64,000 bases of DNA from Arcobacteraceae bacterium. GTDB lineage: Bacteria; Campylobacterota; Campylobacteria; Campylobacterales; Arcobacteraceae. Below the pieces are notes generated by a model, which was given only the letters and a program-made list of their open reading frames with translations, did no database searches and was not told the DNA's origin. Each line of letters starts with the position of its first letter. Position 1 is the stretch's first letter. The DNA is taken from assembly GCA_963662945.1 (NCBI GenBank), contig OY759974.1:2336001-2400000 (forward strand), given 5' to 3'. A program made the position numbers and the translations under genes. Shown one piece after another: positions 41,262-50,607 of this stretch.

Positions 41262-42655
41262 TGAATTTAAATTTAACAACAAAAAAAATAGAAACAGATA
41301 TTGAGATAATATTCGTTAAAAATAAAAAAATAAAAACAGATAAAGAGATATTAGAGCTATTGGATTTTAAGGGAGAAGAGGAACAATCTGTTTTACTTCC
41401 AGAATTAAAAAAACTATATGTTGGTTTACCACAAACTGATAATGAAAGTATTAAAATAGCAGTATCAAGTGCAATAAAAAAACTAAAAACTACAAATTAT
41501 AAATCAGCTTCAATAAAATGTAAAGAGAGTTTACCAGCTTTTATAGAAGGATTTGAATTAGGGAACTATAGTTTTGATAAATACAAATCTAAAAAAGATG
41601 ATAAAGAAGAGATTAATATTTATATTGAAGTGAATGAAATAGATAAAGATATACAAAATAAATTTGAGAAGCATGTTGCAATTTGTACTTCAGTAAATAT
41701 GGCTAGAGATTTTGTTAATACAGCACCTGATGATTTTTATCCAGCTGTTATGGCACAAGAAGCTATCAAGATTGCTACAGATAATGAGTTAGATTGCAAA
41801 ATTCTTGATGAAGATTATTTAGAAGAAAATAAAATGGGTGCAATGTTAGCTGTAGGTCGAGCTAGTCGTCATAAATCCAAGCTAATTCATCTTACATACA
41901 AACCAAAGAAAAAAGCGAAGAAAAAAATTATTTTAGTAGGAAAAGGTCTTACTTATGATAGTGGTGGTTTAAGTTTAAAACCAAGTGATTTTATGGTGAG
42001 TATGAAAAGTGATAAAAGTGGTGGTTGTGCAGTATTAGGTGTAATGAATACTATTGCATCACTTAATTTACCTTTTGAAGTTCATGGAATTATTGGTGCT
42101 GTTGAAAATATGATAGGTGGAAATGCTTATAAGCCAGATGATATTTTAACAGCTAGAAATGGTACAACAATAGAGGTAAAAAATACAGATGCAGAGGGTA
42201 GATTGGTTTTAGCTGATTGTTTATGTTATGCACAAGATGAAATTGAAGATATTGATTATATTTTAGATTTTGCTACATTAACAGGCGCTTGTGTTGTTGG
42301 AGTTGGAGAATATACTAGTGGTGTTATGGGAAATAATTGTGAGTTAAATGATACCTTTGTAAAGTATTCAAATGAAGCTGGAGAACTGGCTACAAAATTA
42401 GATTTTAATAGATATTTGAAAAAAACACTTAAAAGTGAAGTTGCAGATGTGTGTAATATTTCAAATACAAGATATGGCGGAGCCATAACTGCTGGAATGT
42501 TTTTAGATAAATTTATAAAAGAAGAAAATAAACAAAAATGGGTACATATTGATATAGCAGGACCTGCATTTGTAGATAAAGCTTGGGGTTATAATAGTGC
42601 TGGTGCAAGTGGTGCTGGTATTAGGATGACAATAAACTTTTTAGAGAATTTATAA
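41261..42655 (+). CDS. pepA: Leucyl aminopeptidase (M17)
   Basis: VGKGLTYDSGG, MKSDKSG, NTDAEGRLVLAD, ATLTGA, HIDIAG. Confidence 0.96.
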   Translation: MNLNLTTKKIETDIEIIFVKNKKIKTDKEILELLDFKGEEEQSVLLPELKKLYVGLPQTDNESIKIAVSSAIKKLKTTNYKSASIKCKESLPAFIEGFELGNYSFDKYKSKKDDKEEINIYIEVNEIDKDIQNKFEKHVAICTSVNMARDFVNTAPDDFYPAVMAQEAIKIATDNELDCKILDEDYLEENKMGAMLAVGRASRHKSKLIHLTYKPKKKAKKKIILVGKGLTYDSGGLSLKPSDFMVSMKSDKSGGCAVLGVMNTIASLNLPFEVHGIIGAVENMIGGNAYKPDDILTARNGTTIEVKNTDAEGRLVLADCLCYAQDEIEDIDYILDFATLTGACVVGVGEYTSGVMGNNCELNDTFVKYSNEAGELATKLDFNRYLKKTLKSEVADVCNISNTRYGGAITAGMFLDKFIKEENKQKWVHIDIAGPAFVDKAWGYNSAGASGAGIRMTINFLENL

Positions 42656-42656
42656 A

Positions 42657-43136
42657 ATGAACATCAATGAAAAAATTCATGATGATGCACACCTCGATTT
42701 AGAAGAATTAGCCAATAGAAGAGCAGAAGTTTATCTGACTGAACAGTTTCAGAAACTTATTTTAGAAGCAGAAGCGTATGTAGAACAAATTCAGCCAGAA
42801 CAATTAGATTTAAATGACAAAAATATTTTGCTACTTGATGTTCGTGAGCCTGAAGAGTTTGCAAGTGGGTATTTAAGAAAAGAGAATCATCTTACAATTC
42901 CACGAGGAAAGCTAGAATTTGTTGCAATTAAAAAAATACATGAACAATATGGTCATGATGTTTCAATTGTGACATATTGTTTTAAAGGACCAAGAGGACT
43001 TTTAGCAGCTTATCAGTTGAAAAAAATGGGTTTTAAGAATGTAAAAAATTTAAAAGATGGTCTTGTAAACTGGTTAGCTTCAGGACGAACTCTAAAAAGT
43101 TATTTTGGTGAGATTACTTTAGTAAAATCAAAATAA
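42657..43136 (+). CDS. Single-domain rhodanese/sulfurtransferase
   Basis: LLDVREPEEFASG, IPRGKLE, active-site YCFKGPRG, NLKDGLVNW. Confidence 0.88.
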   Translation: MNINEKIHDDAHLDLEELANRRAEVYLTEQFQKLILEAEAYVEQIQPEQLDLNDKNILLLDVREPEEFASGYLRKENHLTIPRGKLEFVAIKKIHEQYGHDVSIVTYCFKGPRGLLAAYQLKKMGFKNVKNLKDGLVNWLASGRTLKSYFGEITLVKSK

Positions 43137-43152
43137 TAGATACACAAGATTT

Positions 43153-44451
43153 TTAATCTTGTGCATTCTCATCTAAAGTCATACAATCATCATGGTCAAT
43201 GTACGCCATGGTTCTTAGATGACATCTATACTTTTCAATATCGAAATGTTTGATATTTGTTACTCCATCTTCGATAGCAGCTTGTGCTACAGCAGAAGCT
43301 ACCCATACAAGAACTTCTTTGTTAAATGGTTTTGGGATAATATGGTTTTTCCCATATTCTAAAGTCTGATCATTATAAGCAGCTTTTACATAATACGGTA
43401 TTGGTTGTTTTGCTAAATTAGCTAATGCAACAGCTGCAGCCATTTTCATACCTTCAGTTATCTTTTTAGCTTGTACATCTAGTGCACCTCTAAAAATAAA
43501 AGGGAATCCAAGGACATTATTTACTTGGTTTGGATAATCACTTCTTCCTGTTCCTATAATGGCATCATCTCTTACTTCCATAATTTCTTCAGGTAATATT
43601 TCAGGAGTAGGGTTTGCTAATACAAGTATAATTGGATCTTTAGCCATAATTGAAACCATTTTCTTAGATACAGTACCAGCAACACTTAATCCAAGTAATA
43701 CATCAGCATCTTTAAGTGCATCTTCTAAAGTTTCATCTTCAGTTTGAATTACGAATTCTTGTTTATATTTATTTAAATCTTCTCTTTTGTGATTTAACAC
43801 ACCTGTACTATCACACATTATAATATTTTTTGCACCAAGTTTTTTATACATATTAGCACAACTCATTGCAGCACCACCAGCACCACTAATAACAATTTTC
43901 ATATTTTTTATTTTTTTATTTACAAGTTCACTTGCATTTATAAGTGCAGCAGTTGTAATTATAGCAGTTCCATGTTGATCATCATGCATAACAGGTATAT
44001 TGACTCTTTTTTGGAGTTCCTGTTCTATTTCAAAACATTTTGGTGCTTTAATATCTTCTAAGTTGATTCCACCAAAACTAGGAGCAAGGGCAGCACAGAT
44101 ATCAACAATTTTTTTAGGGTCATGTTCATCAAGTTCTATATCTACTCCATCTACGTTTGCAAACTTTTTGAATAATACAACTTTCCCTTCCATTACAGGT
44201 TTTGCGGCAAGTGGCCCAATATCACCTAGTCCAAGTACAGCTGTACCATCACTTATGACAGCTACTAAATTTCCTTTTGCAGTATATTTATATGCAAGTT
44301 GTGGGTCTTTTTCTATTTCTAAACAAGGAACAGCTACTCCTGGAGAATATGCTATTGATAAATCTTTTTGTGTTTCACAATCTTTTGTTACGTGCGTACT
44401 TATCTTTCCACCAAGATGGTAGTGGAGTATCTCTTCATCTGTAATTTTCAT
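43153..44451 (-). CDS. NAD(P)-dependent malic enzyme (no PTA fusion)
   Basis: AYSPGVA, DGTAVLGLG, PVMEGK, GGINLEDI, HDDQHGTA, TGRSDYPNQVNN. Confidence 0.95.
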   Translation of the reverse strand: MKITDEEILHYHLGGKISTHVTKDCETQKDLSIAYSPGVAVPCLEIEKDPQLAYKYTAKGNLVAVISDGTAVLGLGDIGPLAAKPVMEGKVVLFKKFANVDGVDIELDEHDPKKIVDICAALAPSFGGINLEDIKAPKCFEIEQELQKRVNIPVMHDDQHGTAIITTAALINASELVNKKIKNMKIVISGAGGAAMSCANMYKKLGAKNIIMCDSTGVLNHKREDLNKYKQEFVIQTEDETLEDALKDADVLLGLSVAGTVSKKMVSIMAKDPIILVLANPTPEILPEEIMEVRDDAIIGTGRSDYPNQVNNVLGFPFIFRGALDVQAKKITEGMKMAAAVALANLAKQPIPYYVKAAYNDQTLEYGKNHIIPKPFNKEVLVWVASAVAQAAIEDGVTNIKHFDIEKYRCHLRTMAYIDHDDCMTLDENAQD

Positions 44452-44506
44452 TATTAACCTTCAGTTTTTTTAAATTATATCAAAAAAACTATAAATCAAT
44501 ATTACA

Positions 44507-45103
44507 TTACTGTCCTGATTCCTCTGTTGATTGAGTATTTCCTTTAAGTTCAGCAATTTTAGCATCTATTAGTTCAAGTGTTTTAGCTTGAGTGTCATAA
44601 GATATTTGAGGTAGTTCTCCTCCCCACATCTCTTGAGCCTCTTCAAATCCTTTTATAATACCTTCTCTTCCTTTTTCTAGTTTCTCTAAGTCATCTCCTG
44701 AAAAACTAAGAACAAAGTCTGCAACTCTTTGAGAAGTTTGAGTTACACCAAAGAATCCATTTTCACTTATTAAAGCTGTTGCTTCATCAGTTGAGAGTTC
44801 AGTGATAGGTTTCCCTTCATAACCGGTATTTGATAGATTAAAAGACTTATCATTACTTTTGCCAGATAAAAAGTCTAGAATACTTTTTTGAGCATCAGTA
44901 TTATTTTTAATTTTATCACTTGCATCCATAGAAAATAGTATAATCTGTGCATTCATCGATAAAGATACTTCTATAGCTGATTTTTCAAGTTGTTCTTCTA
45001 ACGTAAGTTCTTTACTTTGTGTATGTTTAGAGTTTTGTTGAATCGTAGCATTTTGTAAGGCTTTTTCATTTGCTTGAGCGTAGCCATTTGAATTAATCTG
45101 CAT
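44507..45103 (-). CDS. Hypothetical protein (DUF5610-like C-terminus)
   Basis: GFFGVTQTSQRVADFV...GIIKGFEEA..MWGGELP.ISYDT; GGAGG RBS. Confidence 0.75.
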   Translation of the reverse strand: MQINSNGYAQANEKALQNATIQQNSKHTQSKELTLEEQLEKSAIEVSLSMNAQIILFSMDASDKIKNNTDAQKSILDFLSGKSNDKSFNLSNTGYEGKPITELSTDEATALISENGFFGVTQTSQRVADFVLSFSGDDLEKLEKGREGIIKGFEEAQEMWGGELPQISYDTQAKTLELIDAKIAELKGNTQSTEESGQ

Positions 45104-45185
45104 AATTTATTCCTCCAATTTAAGTTATACAGTAATTATAAGATGATTAAATTTAAACTAATATTAAGAAAAGTGATTATATTTG

Positions 45186-45215
45186 AAAACGTTTTTACCT
45201 TTATAGTAAAAACGT
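45186..45215 (-). terminator. Hairpin after ychF
   Basis: ACGTTTTTAC-CTTTATA-GTAAAAACGT. Confidence 0.6.
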
Positions 45216-45240
45216 CTTTTCTGGAAGCTATTTTAAGAGG

Positions 45241-46341
45241 TTATACATTAAATCGGAAATGCATTATATCTCCATCTTGAACAACATAATCTTTCCCTTC
45301 AAGTCTAAGTTTTCCAGCTTCTTTACACTTAGCTTCACCACCTAAGCTTACAAAGTCTTCATAAGAGATAACTTCAGCTTTGATGAAACCTTTTTCAAAG
45401 TCATTGTGTATTACAGCTGCTGCCTGTGGGGCTTTTGTCCCTTTTCTAATTGTCCAAGCTCGTACCTCTACTTTACCAGCTGTAAAGTATGATTGTAGAC
45501 CTAATTTATCAAAAGCTGTATGTATGATTTTTTCTAGTCCTGATTCTTCTACACCAAGATCATTTAACATCTCTTTTGCTTCATCATCTTCCATACCTAC
45601 AAGTTCTTCTTCTATTTTTGCACAAAGCATGATTAAATCAGCATTAACACTTGTAGCATGTTCCCTTAACACATCAACAAAAGCATTTCCCTCTACTAAA
45701 CTATCTTCATCTACATTTGCACCATAGATAACATCTTTGTTTGATAAAAATCTTAACTCTTTATCTAATGCTATGAAATCTTCATTTTCTAAATCATCAA
45801 ATGTTTTTACAGGTTGAAGTTGATCAAGATGTTCTGCAACTTTTGTAGCTACATCTAAAATAGCAGCAGCTTTTTTATCAAATTTTGCTTGTTTTTTAAG
45901 TCTTTCTATTTTTTTCTCTAACTGAGTAATATCTGCATAGATAAGTTCAGTTTCAATAATTTCAATATCTCTTAATGGATTTACATCACCCTCAACATGA
46001 GTGATATTTCCATCCTCAAAACATCGTACCATATGTAAGATAACTTCAACTTCTCTAATATTTGATAAAAACTGATTACCAAGACCTTCACCCTTAGAGG
46101 CACCACGTACTAGACCTGCAATATCTACAAAGTCAATTGTTGAGTGTTGAATTTTATCAGGAATAACTATCTTTGCCAATGCATCAAGTCTTTTATCTGG
46201 AACTGGTACTATCGCTTTATTTGGTTCAATAGTACAAAACGGATAGTTTTGAGCCTCCGCATTTTGTGCTTTTGTTAAAGCATTAAAAGTTGTACTTTTA
46301 CCTACGTTTGGAAGTCCTACTATACCTACACCTAATCCCAT
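45241..46341 (-). CDS. ychF: Redox-regulated ATPase YchF
   Basis: GLPNVGKSTTFNALT, NYPFCTIEPN, DIAGLV, LRLEGKDYVVQDGD. Confidence 0.98.
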   Translation of the reverse strand: MGLGVGIVGLPNVGKSTTFNALTKAQNAEAQNYPFCTIEPNKAIVPVPDKRLDALAKIVIPDKIQHSTIDFVDIAGLVRGASKGEGLGNQFLSNIREVEVILHMVRCFEDGNITHVEGDVNPLRDIEIIETELIYADITQLEKKIERLKKQAKFDKKAAAILDVATKVAEHLDQLQPVKTFDDLENEDFIALDKELRFLSNKDVIYGANVDEDSLVEGNAFVDVLREHATSVNADLIMLCAKIEEELVGMEDDEAKEMLNDLGVEESGLEKIIHTAFDKLGLQSYFTAGKVEVRAWTIRKGTKAPQAAAVIHNDFEKGFIKAEVISYEDFVSLGGEAKCKEAGKLRLEGKDYVVQDGDIMHFRFNV

Positions 46342-46403
46342 ATCAAACCTTTTATATTATAATTTATTTTCGCGATTATACTTTAATTTTGGTTAATAGA
46401 TTA

Positions 46404-47642
46404 TTATATTTGTTTTCCAGCTAAATAACCACTACTAAAAGCCCATTGAAGATTGTATCCTCCGCAAGGTCCATCTAAGTCTACAATCTCTCCTGCAAAA
46501 TAAAGTCCGCTAATTATTTTGCTCTCCATTGTTTTTGGGTCAATCTCTTTTAAACTTACACCACCTCTTGTAATCATAGCTTTATCAAAACCATCATGCC
46601 CATTTATTGTAAAAGGTGTCCAAGCTAATAGTTTGACAAGTTTGTTTTTTGCACTTCCATTGATAGTTTTAAAAGTTTGTGAAGGGTTTATTTCACATAT
46701 TTTACATATTTCGATGATAACACTTGTTGGTAAAAGTTTTTTTAATTGTTCCTCTGTGGAATTTTGTGGATTTTTTGTAATTTCATTTTTAATATGCTGT
46801 AGAATATCATCTTCATTCATACCTTTTGTAAGATTAATAAGTATTGGTACCTCTTTGTATGTATCTAAATAAGGTGTTATCTCTCTTGCAAAATCAAGTA
46901 TTACAGGACCTCTTAATCCTTTTTTTGTAAATATTAAATCACCAGTAGCTTTGAGCTTTTTGATTTTATTTTCATTAGAATCAACTTTAATAGTGACTTT
47001 CGCAATAGTATCAGCTGTACAGTTTTCCTGCCATCTTTCAACTGTATGTAGAGGCATCATTGCTGGATAGATATTGGTAATAGTGTGACCTAATTTTTTT
47101 ACGATCTCATATCCATCACCAGTTGAACCAAGAGTAGGGTAGCCTAGTCCACCTGATGCTAAAATTATTTTATTTGTATGAAATAGATTATTTTGAGTTC
47201 TTATAGCTTTGATTTGATTTTGTTTTGTAATAATCTCTTCCACTTTTTGATTGGTTTGTATTGATACATTGAGTTTAAGAAGTTCATTTTTTAAAGCATC
47301 AATAATGGTATTTGAATTGTGTGTAGTAGGAAAAATACGAAAACCATCTGGTATATGAGTTTCAACACCAATCTCTTTAAAAAACACAATAAGTTGGTTA
47401 TAGTCAAGTGTCTCTAAAGCATCTCTCATAAATCTTCCATTTTTTCCAAATGACTTCATAAAAGTTTCATTATCCAGTGTATTACTTAGATTACATCTAC
47501 CTCCACCAGTAGCTTTTAGTTTTGAAGCTATTTGAGGAAGTTTTTCTAAAAGTAGGGTAGTTTTGTTGTTTCTTGCTGATTGAATTGCTGCAATAAGACC
47601 TGCTGCACCACTACCAACTACAATAACATCATAATGTGTCAT
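46404..47642 (-). CDS. HI0933/BaiN-family flavoprotein
   Basis: GSGAAG, KLKATGGGRCN, ASGG..YP.LGSTGDG, TRGGV, GEIVDLDGPCGGYNLQWAFSSG. Confidence 0.92.
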   Translation of the reverse strand: MTHYDVIVVGSGAAGLIAAIQSARNNKTTLLLEKLPQIASKLKATGGGRCNLSNTLDNETFMKSFGKNGRFMRDALETLDYNQLIVFFKEIGVETHIPDGFRIFPTTHNSNTIIDALKNELLKLNVSIQTNQKVEEIITKQNQIKAIRTQNNLFHTNKIILASGGLGYPTLGSTGDGYEIVKKLGHTITNIYPAMMPLHTVERWQENCTADTIAKVTIKVDSNENKIKKLKATGDLIFTKKGLRGPVILDFAREITPYLDTYKEVPILINLTKGMNEDDILQHIKNEITKNPQNSTEEQLKKLLPTSVIIEICKICEINPSQTFKTINGSAKNKLVKLLAWTPFTINGHDGFDKAMITRGGVSLKEIDPKTMESKIISGLYFAGEIVDLDGPCGGYNLQWAFSSGYLAGKQI

Positions 47643-48547
47643 TTTTTTCTTGCTTTTAAGTAAGCTCTTTTTGGTGCTGGATACCCTTCAATAGTTTTAT
47701 TTTTATCATTTGGATCAAGGAAGTTATCTAAACTTTGTTCAAATGTCCAAGGTGTAACTCTTTGTTCATTTGCATCTGTTTTAGTAATCTCTATAAGTTC
47801 TATATCTTTAAATCCTGCGCGATGAAGCCAATTTTTAAAGCAATTGACTGTTGGGATAAAATAGATATTTGGAATCATCGCATATCTTTCTTTTGGAACT
47901 AAACACACTTCATCAACTCCCTCTATCATAAAACTATCAACAATGATTTCTCCATCTTTATTTAAAGCTCTATTTAAAGATTTTAAAGAAGCAATTGGAT
48001 CACTTCTATGATAAAGAACACCAAGCATAAAAATAAAATCAAATTTATGTTCATAATATTCAAGATGTTCAACACCTAACATCTCATATTTTATATCACT
48101 TTTGACAAAATGGTTTACTATATCAAATTGTGTTTTAAATACAGCAGATGGATCAAAACCTACAAGTTTCTTTGGTTTTTGAGAAAGCATTCTAAACATA
48201 TAATATCCATTATTACAACCTACATCAGCAACAATTTTATCTTTTAAGTTAAAATGTTTTTCTAGCAAATTATATTTTAAATTACTTTGCCATTCGCTAT
48301 CAATTTTTATATCACACAGAGTAAATGGTCCCTTCCTCCAAGGGATAAGTGCTCTAAGATTTTCATATAAAAACTGTGTTTCTTCTTGTGATAAGTTTTT
48401 ATGAACAGTGACCCAGTCATTTTCTATAATAATATCAGCATTATTTGCATCAATTGTTTGAATATTTGTTAAAGCTTCTCTCATGGGAACTATGTTTTTC
48501 CATTGAAGCCATTTTTCCCGTTCTTGTCGTATCATATCTAAATTCAT
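47639..48547 (-). CDS. cmoB: tRNA U34 carboxymethyltransferase CmoB
   Basis: PWRKGPF, IDSEWQS, DVGCNNGY, MLGVLYHRSDP, YAMIPNIYFIP, TIEGYPAPKR. Confidence 0.96.
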   Translation of the reverse strand: MNLDMIRQEREKWLQWKNIVPMREALTNIQTIDANNADIIIENDWVTVHKNLSQEETQFLYENLRALIPWRKGPFTLCDIKIDSEWQSNLKYNLLEKHFNLKDKIVADVGCNNGYYMFRMLSQKPKKLVGFDPSAVFKTQFDIVNHFVKSDIKYEMLGVEHLEYYEHKFDFIFMLGVLYHRSDPIASLKSLNRALNKDGEIIVDSFMIEGVDEVCLVPKERYAMIPNIYFIPTVNCFKNWLHRAGFKDIELIEITKTDANEQRVTPWTFEQSLDNFLDPNDKNKTIEGYPAPKRAYLKARKK

Positions 48548-48621
48548 AATGTAAGTTTACTTTAATATTCTTAAAGTTGATTTTAACTATAATCACAAAA
48601 AAAATAAAATAAGGATAAATT

Positions 48622-50505
48622 TTGAGTAAAATAAGATTTTCTTATATTTTTATTGCTTCAATTTTTTCTTTTTTATTATTAACATTCACTTATTATCAAA
48701 AAACACATGATATGGCTGTTGAAAATGCTAAAATTAAAATAAATGAGCTTTTATTAAATTATGAAGCAGTTCGGGCATATGTAAGTAAAATACAAAAAGA
48801 AGAAGTATATTTATTACAGAAAAAAGGGATTGTTGATAAAGAGTATTTTAGTCCAGCATTATTATCTTCAACTTTTAGTGCCAAAAATGTTAATATTTTT
48901 TATAATGAATTTAAATCCAAACTTCATCAAAGTCCAATCACAATTCGATTTGCTAGTGATAATCCAAGAAATATTGGAAATAAAGCTACTAAAAAAGAAT
49001 CAAAAATCTTAGAACAGTTTAATAAAAAAGAGATTCAAGAGTTTAGTGAAATCATAGATAAAGATGGTGAACCGATTTTATATTATGTTTTACCAACAAA
49101 ACCAACTACTGACAAATGTATGAAGTGTCACTCTGATCCAAGTTTAGCGCCAAGAGGATTAATAGAAATCTATGGAGATAAAAATGGATTTTATGAAAAA
49201 GTTGGAACAATTAGAGCAGCATTATCTACAACTTATCCTTTAAAAAATGATTTTCAAAGTGCAAATCGTACATTTTCTATCTTGACTTTAGTAACTTTTA
49301 TAATATTTACTGGATTACTTATTTTAGTATATTTTTTTACAAGAAAAATTCATGAGGCAAATGTTACTTTAGATAAAAAAGTTATTCAAAGAACAAAAGA
49401 ACTTAAAGAAGAGCAAGAACATATGAAAGCTATTTTGGACATTAATCCAAATATTATTATAGTGATGAATAATGATAAAATTATTAGTGCAAATAAACAG
49501 TTTTTTAAGTTTTTTCAATGTAAATCAATCGAAGAATTTACTAATAAATATAAATCTATTAATAATTTTATAGTTGAAATTGATAAAAAAGTTTTACCTG
49601 ATAATAATCAAATTGATGGGATGGTTTGGTATGAATATTTAGCCAATGTAGAAAAAAAAATACATCATGTTGCCATAGATTTTAATGGGGTTAGAAGTTG
49701 TTTTCTTACAAGCGCAACACATTTTAGTAATCAAGGAGATATATTAATAACTTGCAATGATATAACAGAGCAAATTAACAAAGATAAACTTCTTCATGAG
49801 CAAACAAAGTTAGCTGCTATGGGTGAAATGATAGGAAATATTGCTCATCAATGGAGACAACCATTATCTGTAATATCAACAAGTTCTACAGGAATGCAAC
49901 TTCAAAAAGAGCATAATATGTTAGATGATGATAAATTTTATGAATATTGTGAGATTATAAATGATAATGTTCAATATCTTTCAAAAACAATAGATGATTT
50001 TAGAGATTTTATTAAAACAGATAAAGAGAAAACAAATTTTATATTGGCTGATAGTGTGAATAGTTTTTTAAAATTAGTAGATGGCTCTATTAAAAGTGAT
50101 AATATTAATGTAGTATTAGATATTGATAAAGATATTGAACTATTTGGTTATCCAAATGAGTTAGTACAATGCTTTATGAATCTTTTTAATAATTCAAAAG
50201 ATGCATTAGAAAATATTCTTGAAGAGGAACGATATATTTTTATAACAATTAAAAAAAGTACTAATCAAATAATTATTTATTTTAGAGATAGTGCAGGGGG
50301 AATTGCTCCAAATATTCAATCAAAAATATTTGAACCGTACTTTACTACAAAACATCAATCACAAGGTACAGGACTTGGTTTGCATATGGTATATACTATG
50401 ATAGTAGATAGTATGAATGGAACAATTGAACTAAATAATGTAGATTATGAATATGAAAATAAAAACTTAACAGGTGCGGAGTTTATTATTAGATTTACTC
50501 TGTAA
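48622..50505 (+). CDS. Sensor histidine kinase with periplasmic heme-c domain (DUF3365/Tll0287-like), PAS-like domain, HisKA and HATPase
   Basis: FASDNPRN, CMKCH, MGEMIGNIAHQWRQPL, NNSKDA, DSAGGI, GTGLGL. Confidence 0.92.
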   Translation: MSKIRFSYIFIASIFSFLLLTFTYYQKTHDMAVENAKIKINELLLNYEAVRAYVSKIQKEEVYLLQKKGIVDKEYFSPALLSSTFSAKNVNIFYNEFKSKLHQSPITIRFASDNPRNIGNKATKKESKILEQFNKKEIQEFSEIIDKDGEPILYYVLPTKPTTDKCMKCHSDPSLAPRGLIEIYGDKNGFYEKVGTIRAALSTTYPLKNDFQSANRTFSILTLVTFIIFTGLLILVYFFTRKIHEANVTLDKKVIQRTKELKEEQEHMKAILDINPNIIIVMNNDKIISANKQFFKFFQCKSIEEFTNKYKSINNFIVEIDKKVLPDNNQIDGMVWYEYLANVEKKIHHVAIDFNGVRSCFLTSATHFSNQGDILITCNDITEQINKDKLLHEQTKLAAMGEMIGNIAHQWRQPLSVISTSSTGMQLQKEHNMLDDDKFYEYCEIINDNVQYLSKTIDDFRDFIKTDKEKTNFILADSVNSFLKLVDGSIKSDNINVVLDIDKDIELFGYPNELVQCFMNLFNNSKDALENILEEERYIFITIKKSTNQIIIYFRDSAGGIAPNIQSKIFEPYFTTKHQSQGTGLGLHMVYTMIVDSMNGTIELNNVDYEYENKNLTGAEFIIRFTL

Positions 50506-50607
50506 AACTTTATTTTAGCTTCCCTGAGAAGACTAATCTCTATAAATTACTGCTAAAGATAAACTTCTTTTGTTATAATCTCCCATTATTTTTATATAAG
50601 GATTTTT

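Noticed and set aside
50512-50566. Loose resemblance to a fluoride riboswitch upstream of ccsBA
   Set aside because: Pseudoknot pairing and the conserved GAUG cores are missing, and it lies upstream of the ccsBA -10 box.
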